DNA from: Chrysemys picta bellii | Taxonomy: Eukaryota | Reading direction: 5' to 3' | Length of the DNA stretch: 64,000 bases | NCBI RefSeq assembly: GCF_011386835.1 | Contig: NC_088795.1 | Span: forward strand, 33,418,001 to 33,482,000 | Shown here: in pieces, positions 1 through 12,820 of the stretch | How positions within the stretch are numbered: the first letter of the stretch is position 1 | How the letters are laid out: every line of letters starts with the position of its first letter | Translations under genes and position numbers: made by a program | Notes under the pieces: generated by a model | Database searches by the model: none | What the model saw: only the letters and a program-made list of their open reading frames with translations | Told to the model about the DNA's origin: nothing

Positions 1-165
1 ACTGATGCTGGTAGGGGTGTCCTGCATCTCAGCAAGGGCAGCGTGGTTAGATTTGTAGAGCCCTCAGTGTTACTTGGACAGCGAGGCTACTAGAGGCTGT
101 CAAGCTGGCGATTTGGCCCTGAGCCTCTCAATGTTTGGGGCGATTTGGTGCAACACTTCAGGGCC

Positions 166-780
166 AGAGGCAGATTAAGGTTTCCTGGGACCAAGCAAGT
201 GCCCTCCCCCGCCTCTTCCACCTGCTAGCCGGCCCCCCATTGTGCCCCGTCTGCCTGCAGCCCCCGCCCATGGTTCCACCCCTTTCTGCTCCTTCCCTGG
301 GGTGCCACTCAGAGTCCCCCCATTCCACACACCCCCACTACAGCTCAACCCGTTTGCTACTTTATGTCCTCCCCACCCCCCACTGCGGCCCCAAGACCGG
401 AGACGCCCTGTCCCCCCGTCACAGCCTGAGGCCGCAGTGGGGAGTGAGTGCTCTCCCCAACCCCTCCCCCCGCCCCCCAAGCTGTGAGGCTGCCTCCCGG
501 GGCCACAGTGTGGGGGGGTCCCAGTGCTGGGGCTTCCCCCGCCACCCCTGCGCTTCTGCCTGAGATGGGTTGGAGCGCTGGGGGCTTCCCCTGCTCCCTC
601 CCCACCTTCTGCTGGGACACCGTCAGGGAGGCACAGGGGGCCCCCAGTTGACCACTGCCCCTGGGCGCTTCGGCAGCGCTCTGGCCGCTTTTTTTGTTTT
701 TTCCCTTTTTTGCGCTTCGGCTGTGCTCCGGCGCCCCCCCCCCCCCTTTTTTTTTTTTTTGCTTGGGGCAGCCAGAGCCA
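166..780. mobile_element. Cluster of GC-rich non-autonomous DNA-transposon (MITE) fragments; boundaries approximate
   Basis: GC-rich, low-complexity C/G runs. The stretch TTTTTTGCTTGGGGCAGC (~755-772) resembles the right end of the hAT MITE at 63054-63388. No clean TIR/TSD pair found. Confidence 0.4.
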
Positions 781-1064
781 CCTTATGACCGCATTACATC
801 CGAATTCGCGTTATCATGGGAGCGCGTTATACTGGGGTTTCCCTGTACTATACTCACCAATGATGACTGTGAACCTTGGTAGTAGTGGGGTCAGGGCGTG
901 GGGGCTTGCCTCACTCCACCTGCCTGGCGCTCCTGCTTGGGAGTGGGAATGGGGACTTACCCACTCCCCAGCTAGAACGCTGGGCAGCAGATTGGGGCAA
1001 GCCCCCATGCCCCGACCCTGCTCCTTGACAGGAGCGCCAGGGAGGTGGGCTGAGAGGAGCGAGC

Positions 1065-1181
1065 CAAACAACCTTATAACAGAACATTGCACGACTTTAA
1101 ACAAGTATGTTCTCTAATAGATCAGCAACCTAATAATGGAACAGTGTTAGACTGGACGTCTTTAAGTGAGGAGTTACTGTA
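1065..1181. mobile_element. Right end of a Tc1/mariner (Tigger-like) MITE
   Basis: Ends in ...TTAAGTGAGGAGTTACTG followed by TA (1180-1181), the usual TA target of this superfamily. Left TIR not found. Confidence 0.45.
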
Positions 1182-1269
1182 CAAGTTTCTTCACAATGAC
1201 CTACCAATGATCCCAATAGATCAATACCAGTGGCAAGAATGACATTCAGACTTCTTGCACAGTCTAATC

Positions 1270-1569
1270 CAGGGGTAGGCAACCTATGGCACGCATGCCA
1301 AAAGGCGGCACCCGAGCAGATTCAGTGGCACTCACACTGCCCGGGTCCTGGCCACTGGTCCAGGGCGCTCTGCATTTTAATTTGATTTCAAATGAAGCTT
1401 CTTAAACATTTTAAAAACCTTATTTACTTTACATACAATAGTTTAGTTATATAATATAGACCGAGAGAAACCTAAAAACGTTAAAATGTATTACTGGTAT
1501 GCAAAACCTTAAATTAGAGTGAATAAATGAAGACTTGGCACACCACTTCTGAAAGGTTGGCGACCCCTG
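1270..1569. mobile_element. hAT-superfamily MITE (300 bp) in LEF1 intron 3
   Basis: TIRs CAGGGGTAGGCAAC / GTTGGCGACCCCTG; perfect 8-bp TSD GTCTAATC at 1262-1269 and 1570-1577. Confidence 0.9.
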
Positions 1570-1792
1570 GTCTAATCGCTTTCCTCTCTGCCAGCAAGAA
1601 TGCCAACTATGTACCCCCACCAGGAACTGCCCTACCAGCAAAACTAAAGCACCTTATCTTCAGTCTTGGGATAGCTAGCACACATTCATATGCGCACTCC
1701 CTCCCCCCATCCTGGTGGAAACACCACAGCATTTTTAGTTGTGAAGGCAAGCCCATATAGTGTAATTAAGCCCATTGTAATGTCACTGCAAG

Positions 1793-2402
1793 TGTGGTGG
1801 TGTACCAATCCCCCCTAGATGCGTGCTAGTTTGTGCAGCGTACCCACAAGCTTAGAGACAACACACAGGTGCCAAGCACTAGGCTCTTCGATCTCTGGTC
1901 CTTAGTTGTTTCCCTTGAACATTCATGCTTCAAGTAATAGGATTCTTTTTATTAATGCTGCCAAATACTACAAGGTGCAAATACTCTAGTCACAGTGACT
2001 TTAGCTTATAATAAACAATAAGCCAACAGATCCAGCCACGCGGGACAGTCCAGAATAGGTTACAAGGGTAACTAAACCTATGAGGACCCCTCAGGCTGCT
2101 ACGGACATGGCTAGTGTTTTGTCGGCACAAGACCACTTCTCTGTCCAGCTTTCAGGCCCATCTCTCAAGCGATCTGTTGCCCAGCCTCCCCTCTGAAGCC
2201 AGTTCCCGGACTGCGTCCTCTAGGCTTACTACTCTTGCTCACATGAAGCCACTAGCTCTCAAACTCATCCTCTGACTTAGGCTGTCCCTTCTATACTCTG
2301 GGAAAGAAGGATCCATCTATTTACTGGCTGTCATATGGGGGTGGTAACATTGCATAGTAGTGATCTGGCAGATTCCTTACAAACACTTTGTCCTCAGCCA
2401 CA
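1793..2402. mobile_element. Probable solo LTR (610 bp) in LEF1 intron 3
   Basis: Termini TGTGG...CCACA; flanks CAAG/CAGG (3 of 4 match, possible decayed 4-bp TSD); no coding capacity. Confidence 0.55.
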
Positions 2403-4637
2403 CAGGCCAGTTAAGATACACACGCTCATTGTTTAGCCATGCCACTTTAAGAACAGGAGTTAATTGTGATTTAGCTAATGTAGACATGGCTTAAGTTAAG
2501 TACTAGAAGAGATTTTATTTGTGGTTCGACAACTCAAAATTAACAAAAAGTGAGTGTTCTTGTATACTAGTGGTAAGAGACAACTTTCCATCACTATAGC
2601 ACATGCATCTAACAAGGTTTTTAGAAGACATATACTAACACTTCACTGTTTTAGTGACATTTCCTTCTCATATCAGAGGAGCTTTTCATACCTAAAAACA
2701 GATTTTATAAACTTACTAAGTCAGACTTGCAGCTTTTCTGCATCCAGACTGTAGGCACTGAAGAGTACGACATGTATTTGGCAATGTTTCTTCCCCTTTT
2801 GCTTTCATGAACTCTAGAGGTTCATGCTTTCTTCTTTGCATCTAACATTATGGATGTGATAACAAATGAACGCCTGTTTCTTTAGAGCCAGAGCCTGCAT
2901 GGTACTGAGAGCATGCAACAAGCAATTCTGATTAACATTTTCTCTGGAGCAGGACTGAAAAAGAAAAGATGAACACAACACCAATAGGATGACATCTTAC
3001 TTTTAAACCTCCTTAAAATGAAAGTTGCAGTCTCCAGTTTTTAAAAGTTGCATTAAATTCGCTTGTCTATACATAGCCTCTAGTTATAGGGGGAAATAAG
3101 AGATTGTCATAAATAACCAGATCAACTAAAGCTATGAAGAATCAAAAGTGGAGCAATGAGCAAAACTGCAATGAGAGATTTTTTTTTTATAACAGTGAGT
3201 CACGTACACACATTTATAGCTCAGTCCAAAGCCAGAACGGTGTCACTGACTGCTTTCTATTCCTCCACAGCCAGTAAGGATTTTTAACAACTGGTCAGTT
3301 GTGGAAGTTCATTTCTAAGTAAGAGTCACCCTGATTGCACCAGCTTATGGAAATGAAAGCAGCAGTGGAAAACCACTATGTGCTGAATGCCCTCACTAAT
3401 GCCTGGAGAAGGTCAATACACAAGTGAAAAATTCGTCTTTTAAAAAAGTGTGCTGTATATGCATAGGACCTTCATAAGGCCCCAGTCAGCATCATTCTAA
3501 TTGTCACAGCTACTACAGTAGTCCTTTGAAACAGGGGCAAACCAGAGGTACTCAGGTAACTTCTGTTCTCTCTCACCCATTCCTCTTCCCAAATGCCCAG
3601 CGTACTTTGTTTAATAAACAAGAAACTTGAACCCCATATGGTTCCTCTGTTTCAAAGGACCTATCCCAGACATCACAAACTGATGCTCCATGAGGCATCA
3701 CAGCTGATCAGAGCCAGGCCAGCTGGTAGGAATGCTTGAAATCGTAAGGTTCACTTGTTCATGCTGAGGATTTCTCTTTTCTCCCCTCCACGTATGAGCT
3801 AGATACCCACATTTGGAAATTTTGATTTTTTTTTTAAAACACTATCTGATCTAAGGGCCCCACTTCATTGGTACAGTCTGGATAGGAGTGAAGTACCAAC
3901 TTAGGTACCAAGTTTTGTGTGGCTCCAAAGGTGATTTTTTAATGTATGGTATTTAATAAGCAAATTTGCTTAACCCCAAACTTCATCTTAAAAAACAAAA
4001 AGTGTGGAATTTCAGTGCTGGTGAAAGAGTACCCTTGAAAGTATCTTGGTGAACGAAGTCCTCGATTTACCTATACACTGCCTAATATGCCATCATTTTG
4101 TGGGGGTGGGGAGAGCGGAAAGGGGTGGGTAAAGAAAAGAGATCACTTAAAAAAAAAAAAAAAAAAAGAGAGTAATCGGAGTAGTTTTGTCTAGGGCCCA
4201 TACAGGTCTTGATCTCAGACAATTGATTCCAGCTCCCCCATCTCTCATCATCATATCTTGCACTAAGACCCACAACATAGCCATTAGAAATTTAATTCCT
4301 GAATTAGGCTGGTTTCAAATTGGTGACTATCCAGTCTCCCAGTAAGTGCCAACGTTGACACCTTCAAGAATGAAGCTTGCTTTCTTGAAAGATAAGTTTG
4401 AGAACCCAAGTCCTGAGCTATTTGAAGCTTAGCCAGCCAACATCTTCTACTCTGGATATAGAAGCACCAAACACCCACCCCAAAATCCCATACTGTTTTC
4501 AGGCTCCCACAAACACTCCATAATCAAGTGCCCTATCCTGTTCTTGAAGGGACAGCTCCCAATGACCAAAATTGTTAGCCTGTATAATCAATTTTTGTCT
4601 TAAGTCTTCTCTCAACTTTGATTCACTCATCTTGAGG

Positions 4638-4710
4638 TGTAAGCTCCTCAAGGCAGAAACTGTCTTGTGCATCTGTACAGCACCTAGCACAATCTGGGCT
4701 CCAAATGCAA
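4638..4710 (+). mobile_element. Ancient L2-like LINE 3' end remnant
   Basis: TGTAAGCTCC...TGTACAGCACCTAGCACAAT pattern, recognised as the amniote L2 3' end; a similar remnant lies at ~29180-29325. Confidence 0.4.
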
Positions 4711-6150
4711 TTGGAAATTTTGAACATCATTGTAACTACTTCCCACATTAGAATTCCTTCCGGTGGAACTTCTAGCAAATTCCATATGCATTGTCCATAG
4801 TGGACCATATCCCAGCCTTTTTCAAATGTTGCTGAGAATATTCTTCAGTCTATTTAATAATTCCAGCTGCTAATCAAAAAAACGGTTTGGATATTAAAAA
4901 AATTCTTATTTTCTGCTAAGCATGTATGCACACACATGCGAGATAGGGGGGAAAAGGTGGAAATAGAGTTGGAGGAATTCTAGACCATACAATATAAAGC
5001 CTAATCCCTAGGAAAGAGATGCATTTAATAGCATAGTAGGAATTTAAAAAATACAAAGGTTTTTATGAAGGTTTTGCTCCAAGAATGCTACTTGAAACTA
5101 ATCTTGCTCAAAGGGCAAAAAACAAACAGCTACCTACTTTTTCCTGTCTTCAACACCCATGCTATGCACCAACAAAGAGAAACCACTAAGAGAACTCTCA
5201 ACCTCACGGGACTCATATTCACCAGGTGTTATTGTGGTTTTCATATTATTGAGTGTGCGCGCATCACTTTTGCTGCAGCTACCTAAACGTATCTCTTTGC
5301 TCTTTCGCCTACCCACCTATCTGATAAGGAGTGTACTGTTATAGCGGCTTCTATTCTACAGCGCTGGAGGTACAGAAGAGCTTATAGCTTGTTTTTCTGC
5401 AAGAAGTAAATGAAAGATCAGTTACCAAGGTTGGGAGGGGGGAGGGGGGGGAGAACCACAGGAGGAGAAAGTAGCCTACCCCTAGTAAAATTGAACGCAA
5501 AATTGACTTTCATCTCTGTCACGAACAGTATCAATATCAGCACATTAATTTTTCTTTTTCGATGTGTAGTACACATCTTGCACTTTACTAGAGAGTTTAG
5601 TTTCTGATTAAAGTCCAGCCAAAGAATCAAGTATGCATGGAGAAAAATTTTAGTGTTTTAAACATCAGCCTTTTGAGTCATTTTTCCATTGTTGTGAAAT
5701 TTTCAGTAATCTTGACAACAGTGTTTTCCACCCAGCATTTTTTCTAAGCATGATTAGTGACAGTATTGTTATTCCTCTCCCAAATCAAATTAATCTTGAC
5801 AATTACTCCTGAAAACTTAGCTACAAACATCACTAGCACTCCCCTGGCTCTTGCATACAGGACTGTATGTGTTGCACATAGAGATCCAGAGGAAAAAAGT
5901 GCAAAGTTGAATGCCTGGACACAATTTGCCCACCCCAAACTGCAAGCCTGAGGCAGGAGCGCCCCACTGCCTGACTGGTCCCTCCCCCCACATATAGAAG
6001 TCAAATTACACCTATAGTTGAATGACCCAACCCTGCTGACAAACAGTGCACAGCTTTACGCATGTACCCAATTCCATTAAGATCAGTGGAATTATTCACA
6101 TGCATAGAGTTAAGCATATGGAGCATTGGCAGCATCAGGGCCCGAGCTTG

Positions 6151-6212
6151 CCACAGGACTCTCTGTTGCTTTTTTACAGATCCAGACTAACACGGCTACC
6201 CATCTGATACTT
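6151..6212 (+). mobile_element. Penelope-like element terminal fragment (62 bp) in LEF1 intron 3, antisense to LEF1
   Basis: CCACAGGACTCTCTGTTGC...CAGACTAACACGGCTACCCATCTGATAC matches the PLE terminus seen elsewhere in the window; TSD GGCC(C/T)GAGCTTG at 6139-6150 and 6213-6224. Confidence 0.8.
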
Positions 6213-7832
6213 GGCCTGAGCTTGTATCCCTGCCCTCTGAAGGAAGAGCTGGTTTTACACTTTTGCGTCTAATATCCTGAAATAAAATTGTTTTAATTAG
6301 AAAGGGCCACCACAGCTAATATCCATTCAGTTTAATGAGCATTTACTGGATTATCTGAACATAAGCAAGTCAGACTGTTCAGATAGTGTGAAAAATACCA
6401 GTACCCTGAGGTGATTTCAAATTCTGTCTAATACCTCCAGGCAACAGTTGCGGTAAACGAGTAGTTGCTTTGTTATGCAAATGAAGAATCTCAGGTATAC
6501 CACAAGGCTACTTCACACACAAATGGTCAGACTGACACCACTGATGAGAGCTTGGGTCTCTTAAACAGACTTATCTAAACTGTTTTTCAATCTTGCTATC
6601 TGCAAGGAAACAGAGGGAAGTTGAATGGGTGACAGTTAGAAGCCCAACAAAGGTAGAGAGCAGAAGTGACGAGGTGGGTAAGTAACTGCTTACCACATAG
6701 GTTGTGGTTAATAGCAAAGTAAGCGAGTATAATCTTCTGGATGTAGTATTTTGATCACACACACTAAAAGACAGCTGTCAAGTATAAAAACAAAAGATGA
6801 TAGTTCATTTAAACAAACAAACAAAATTAACTCAAGTATGTAGCCTTGTGGTTAAGTCTGGAGATTTCAGTTTATGGTCAACATTAGTATATTACAAGAA
6901 CACTATTTTACAGGAATTGTGGTGCTGCTTTAACATGCTCCCTTAGACATTAGGCTGGGAGAATTACAATTAAATGATTCTGCTTTCTATCCCCCACAAT
7001 ATCAACTCAAATATTTCTACAATAGAAGGAAGCTGATCAATTTAGTCTGAAATCTCAATTATTCTACTTTCTGCAGAGGTGTACCAGTAGTGTGCAAGTA
7101 AATAATGGATGTCCCACTGTTACGCATTTAAGAACAAAACATTTTGAGATTTTAAGTTCTCTAGTCATTTTTATAGGGCAACATTAAGAAGTTGGATTTA
7201 TTTTGCTTCTAAAACCACTTGCACTCATGTATTGTTTCTTGGAGGTAGAGGAAGTAGCACAGGGTCTTATTAAATCCCTGATCTTCAAGGAGACACAGGT
7301 CTGAGCATTAAAGACTGCATCCTTTTTGTTAGCAAGTCAGAACTGCAATTTAATCGGTCAAGAATTTTTATTTTACATATCTTTCAGCAGAAGCCAGTAT
7401 AGAAAGGCCACATGGGATATAGTTTGAATACTTCAAAAATTAAGTTATAGGGTAGAGAAGTTGTCAGCTAAACAGTTTCGCATCTTACTAGCTCTTTGCT
7501 ACTAGAAAAAAAATGCAATGCATACAATGAATAAAATGTATGAAATTGTTTTCCACTGAAATTATGATTCTACAACAGGAGACACAAACAACTTCTGGTT
7601 TTCCAAGGCAATTCTGCTAATGTGATTTCCTCAACTAGAATTAAATTTATAAAAAATTCCCACTAATTTACAAAAACAAGTGGGAATTTAGTATACAGCT
7701 GTTAATCAAGCACACTTCTACACCAGCCAGAGAATATTACTCATCTTGACAGTAAATCAGGGCTAATGGCCACCACATGGTAGAGCACAAACACAAAAGT
7801 TGCTCTCAGCTACATCTTACATAGTTATCTTA

Positions 7833-7951
7833 AGAAGTGAGGTTCTTATCCACGAAAGCTTATGCTCCCAATACTTCTGTTAGTCTTAAAGGTGCCACAG
7901 GACCCTCTGTTGCTTTTTACAGATTCAGACTAACACGGCTATCCCTCTGAT
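7833..7951 (+). mobile_element. Penelope-like element terminal fragment with 5'-truncated hammerhead motif, LEF1 intron 3, antisense to LEF1
   Basis: Contains CCACGAAAGCTTATGC...GGTGCCACAGG...CAGACTAACACGGCT; duplication ACATAGTTATCTTA at 7819-7832 and 7952-7965. Confidence 0.85.
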
Positions 7952-8532
7952 ACATAGTTATCTTAGTTCATCCACATGCTATATCTTCAACTATGGTTAT
8001 TTTCCCTAGTGACAGTCAATCTCACAGACCCGACAACTTCACACATAGCAGCCTGTGTTAGGAATAAATATCAGCTAAGAACGAGTAGATGAGGAAAAAC
8101 ATTTGTCAGCTCTTTTTGAATGTCATGTACAGATTAGCAATTCCAGTAGTCCTACCCCCAATCCTCTATTTTCTCTCCTAAGCAGGAGAGACTAAAGCCA
8201 GTATAGTAGTACTTCTGTTCTTCCTGTCACTGTAAAGGTAGCATTTACACCATTCCATCACAATTTATTCCATAAAGTCACATTAAAAGGTATCTTTTTT
8301 CAGCCTTATTCAAACACAAAACTTGATACTTCAGTCATTAGATTTGCAGCTTTTCCTCCACCAACCCAATCAAAATCCTCAGAAAGTTTATACACCAAAT
8401 GAAAGGAGCATACAGAATAGCAATGCATTGTTCAGCTTAGTTGTATTTAACATAAATAATATCAAAAGTGTAATATACTGAACAGAAAGCAATTTGTCTC
8501 TCCAAAGACTATTTGTATAACAGGTAACTCAC

Positions 8533-8666
8533 TGTTCTAGGGATGGGTGGAGACAGAGATCCATTAGACATGTAGGGGTCATTGTTCATATTTGGCATCA
8601 TGATATACCCAGAATAACCAGAGTATGATGGGCCTTTGCTGTATAAACCACCATCCGGATGTTTTC
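8533..8666 (-). CDS. LEF1: LEF1 coding exon 3 (134 nt): (G)KHPDGGLYSKGPSYSGYSGYIMMPNMNNDPYMSNGSLSPPIPRT
   Basis: Translation matches vertebrate LEF1; acceptor ...ttttctttcccAG and donor GTgagt; phase continues from exon 2. Confidence 0.98.
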
Positions 8667-10123
8667 CTGGGAAAGAAAATAAGTGGAAGCTAAATTAACA
8701 GCCCCTAAAGTTTTTTCTGGTACATTAGAGGCATTTTACAGTAAGAAATACACAATATCTTTTAAAAAATATTTGGGGGGACTGGAAGGATGCATATTGC
8801 TAGGGACCTCCATTTTATTTTTATTGCATTTCTGACAGCAGTTACTCCCTTAAATGGCTTATTAAACAGGCATTTGTTAGGAATTGCACTTAAGATATGG
8901 GAAGACTTCAGCACAGCCAGTCTATTTTATGAGTCTATTCAAACACAAACAGAGATTGGACTAGGATGATTTGCATAAGAGCTTGGAAGAATAGACACAC
9001 ACAGAATGCACTACATTAGATTCTAAAGCTATTTGATGGTCTTCAGTTTTTGCCCCCATAATTTTTAGAAACCGTAAGAGAAACACCATTTCTAGGCTAT
9101 GTTGGTGCATTTTCATTGCATGAACAACAAGCAATGCTACAGACATCAAATACCAGCAATGGAGATAAAATTTATAAAGCAGTAATTCTTTCATTTTTGC
9201 TAGCATCTATTGGAACTGTCCTGCATATGGACTTCTCCCATCAGTTACACAGCTGGTTGCAGGAAAGTGCAGTATTATGGTTAGACAGAGCCACTTCCTT
9301 CACTAACTGACATACTGCATGTATGAACAATTCTTTCTGGTCATGCTAATTGAAAGTGATTAAGGAGAATAGGAATACTGGCTGGTGTACAAGGATACCC
9401 TACTGCTTATTGGGGCCTATTCAAAACAAAGAGGGTTCCACTTCTAATTTGTTTAATATCTAATTTAAATAATAAAAGGCTATTAAGAAGGACCAGGACT
9501 GAAGAAAAGCTGAAGCCCCAAACTTTATGTGGAACTCATTTTAATTCTAATGGAGATCATCCTCCTTACCAACTAACCCTATTATAATAATATACTGAAG
9601 ATAATCCTACATTACTGTCCAGTTTTCTAAACTAAAAATGTACACTGTCACTTTCACTCATCTTCCTTAATGACGTATTAGATTTCACTAATTTGCACAT
9701 CAAAACGTTAGAATGTTGTTCCTGATTTTAAGGCTTTTTTTAAGTGACAGACTTGGGTTGGAAAGTGAGCATACAACTTCTTCATATACATAACTCAGTA
9801 GGATTGTCAGAAGGAGGGAAGAGTGAAGATTTATATATGAATTACTGATATTCTAAAAATAGTTATTTCAGCAAAAAGATCTGTTTGGCCTACTTACTTC
9901 AATTGGCAAACAGCTGATATACCATTTAGTTACTGAAGTTAGATGAATAAACAGCAAATCTCTTTTTTGCTCAATTTTGAAAATGTTTGGATTTTTTCAA
10001 TAAATACAGATCACATTTTATATACAAGTTAAACTGATTGCTTACTAAAAGGCAATTACATCTGTGTACACATTGAGAGGGACATAAAGTAACAATGTAG
10101 AGTAAAGAATAAGCACATCTCAC

Positions 10124-10187
10124 CTTCTTCAGAATGTTCTCTGCCTTTGTCATGATAGGATTCCTGAGCTTGGGCTTGCCTGGAAAC
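10124..10187 (-). CDS. LEF1: LEF1 coding exon 2 (64 nt): VSRQAQAQESYHDKGREHSEE(G)
   Basis: Matches the LEF1 exon-2 peptide; acceptor ggctAG and donor GTgaga; 64 nt joins phase-0 exon 1 to phase-1 exon 3 in frame. Confidence 0.96.
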
Positions 10188-12008
10188 CTAGCCACACAGA
10201 ATCCACCATTAAAGAAGGTATTTTTATGCATATCTGTTCACTTTTGCTTAGCACTCGATCTTCCAAAAAAAAAAAAAAAAGTTAAGTGTCTAGGTCAGGA
10301 GAAGAAATTGTATATTTGTCCTACCTCATGCTAAAAAGGAAGTGTGCTAAAACATAGAATGGTCATTTTTATTACAAATTGAATAACCATGTGCTTTTAC
10401 AAAGCAGTTCTAGCACAAGTAGTGCACTAAATTTACTAAAGGGGCTTATTTCTTAAGAATACTTTAAGCTTTAGGAACCAAAATAGTATTCCTAAATTGG
10501 TACCAAAGAATAATGAAAACTGAATGCCCCCACTATATGGGCTTTTAAAAATTCCATCCTTGTTCTTAAGTTGTTTTCATATTAGTGAATTGCTACCAAA
10601 ACAGTTCGTGCAAATCCTTTAAAGAGTTTACGATTAATGCTCTGACCTTTGATTTTACCAAAGAAATTTCATGGCTACTTTAGGCCTAATGCTATTATAG
10701 GATCCTGTGACTCATATGAACTTGCTTGTTCTGGGCTATGGAAACAGACATATGAAGGAGAGAGAAGGTCCTCCTGCATACACACTAAAAAGGTGTTTAG
10801 CACTCACTTAAAATATGTCAGTGCAACACTGCATATTCCTTTATTTATTTTTTAAAAGGCTATTTTTACAACATGCAGTTTGGCTTGATCATGAGACAGG
10901 CTGGAACGGAGAAAAAAAAGCCAGCTAAGCTTTTGGATAGTCCCTGAGTGGAAGTTGCAGTAGAAGCCAAGAACCAGCATGTCAACTCTGACTACAAGTG
11001 AAAGGTTGTTAGTTGGCAGTGTTAATCTACAGTCAAAAATAAGACTTCCGGAGTCAAAGCAAGGTAACTACTAATGTGTTTGTTGGCGGCTGATCTCAGT
11101 ATCGCAACCCCAATTTCTGACTATATTAGCTTATTGCAAATGAACTCCCAATCAATATTATTACTCCCCCCCCACACACACACAGAAAAAATTCATGCCC
11201 ATTCATTAGTTACTAAAAGTAGCACTATATTAACTCCACCCCTGCAGTCCATTAGTTGCTCATTCTAGTTTCTTAGGATCACTGCCGATTGAAATGCAGT
11301 GATTAGGAAGGAAAAAAAACTGGTTAATAAAATGTTTGAGATGTGAGCAAACTCAAATCTGAGTCTGCACAAATCTTGTCCAGCAATCTCAGATTGTTAT
11401 CCAAATCCACCACTAAAAACTAAAGCACCAAAAATTCATGTACTGAATGCATCAGATCTCAGGCACCAGATGTTTCCCCCTTCTTCCCATGGTGAGAAGT
11501 TAGCCATCTACAAAAATCTGACTCCCCAATGCAATGAATTGCCCCAGATCCCTCTGTGTTTGAGGGTAAATCCCAGTTTTTTTTCCCTAGGTCTGCCTCT
11601 TAAATGTTTTCACAGGCCAATGCATTTTAGTAACATAGAGGAGTGACCTTCTCCCCACAAAAATTCCTATCAGATGCGGACAGATGATCTGCAACTTCTC
11701 CTCCCACCTTTTTTTTTTCTTTTTTCTTTTTTAAGAAAAAGGTAAAAGGTCTAGTTAGTTCCCTCCCACAAGCACCCACGTGTCTCTATTTACTCTACTC
11801 TGATAGCTTACTGTACTATCAAGGCGCTCGAGCCGAAGGAGCCCCTAAGCAAAGAACAAGCTTGATAATGCACAGCACATGACTCCAAAAAGGGGGTTTT
11901 ATCGCAAGACGGGCTGGAGCACACGAGACAGACCGGGAGAGCGCCGACGCGGTCGTGCTGACTCGATCAGCACGGGTCTCCCAACAGTCTGAGCCCCAAG
12001 TTGGGGGC

Positions 12009-12017
12009 AGATCAAAG
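12009..12017 (+). promoter_or_regulatory. Consensus TCF/LEF site AGATCAAAG in LEF1 intron 1
   Basis: Exact match to the high-affinity TCF/LEF HMG consensus; occupancy unknown. Confidence 0.5.
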
Positions 12018-12607
12018 AGCCGCAGGCAGTGAATGAAGTACTGCTATTGCCCAGGCTCTGCACACATCTGCCCGGTTTGCAAAAAAGGTCTCAGTGTTCG
12101 CTCTCCCACCACCCCCCTTACACACTCCCAGGTGCCTGCCCTCCCATTCATGGGAAACTTGGCATATTCGTTTACAAAGCGCTTTGGTCAAAACCGCGTC
12201 TCACTTGGCGGCTGACGACGTCCTGTTTTCCTTTGCACCCCCGCCGTTCCCTTCCTTTCCCCTGCATTTTTTTAAGCCTTCACTAAAAATAGAGGTGCCA
12301 GGAGAGGTGCACACAGTGCTGCTTGTCTTGCATTTCACTGTATCGCCTTTAATTCATCCAGATCTAACCCGATCCAGGACCCTCGAGATGTTTAACTGTA
12401 GAGCCAGAGAGGCCAGGCTGGAATCAAGGTGCTTCAGAGCCCTATAATCAGCAAAACCGTGAAGAGGCGTGTTGGTCTTCCCTGGCCTAAGCCCAGGAGT
12501 GAAGTCTCTAGAGCCGCCCCCTCCCCAGATCCCTTATCCGGGTGTCTCTGAACACTTGGCCTCACGAACTGCACAGCAGCTGGCTGGCCTCCCTCCGGCC
12601 CCCTTAC

Positions 12608-12820
12608 CTCATGCCCGTTGCTGTTGGGGGTGATCTCTGACTCGTTAACGAGAGAGGACTTGATGTCGGCCAAGTCTCCTTCTTCCTCCGGGTGGCTGAT
12701 CTCCGCGAAGATTTTCTCCTTCTGGGGATCGCCTTCGTCTTTGAAAGGGATCATTTCATCTGTGGCGCACAGCTCCGGATCCCCCCCACCGCCTCCTCCG
12801 GCTCCCGGCAGCTGAGGCAT
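12608..12820 (-). CDS. LEF1: LEF1 coding exon 1 (213 nt, 71 aa), beta-catenin-binding domain
   Basis: [71 protein letters not shown] is the LEF1 N-terminus; donor GAG|GTAAGG at 12608/12607; in-frame TAA four codons upstream of the ATG. The supplied ORF 12434-12820 reads on into intron 1. Confidence 0.99.

Noticed and set aside
135-1117. Multiple ORFs of up to 197 aa
   Set aside because: They lie in GC-rich MITE fragments within LEF1 intron 3; low-complexity translations.
12434-12607. C-terminal 57 aa of the supplied 128-aa LEF1 ORF
   Set aside because: Read-through into intron 1 past the GTAAGG donor; not LEF1 sequence.
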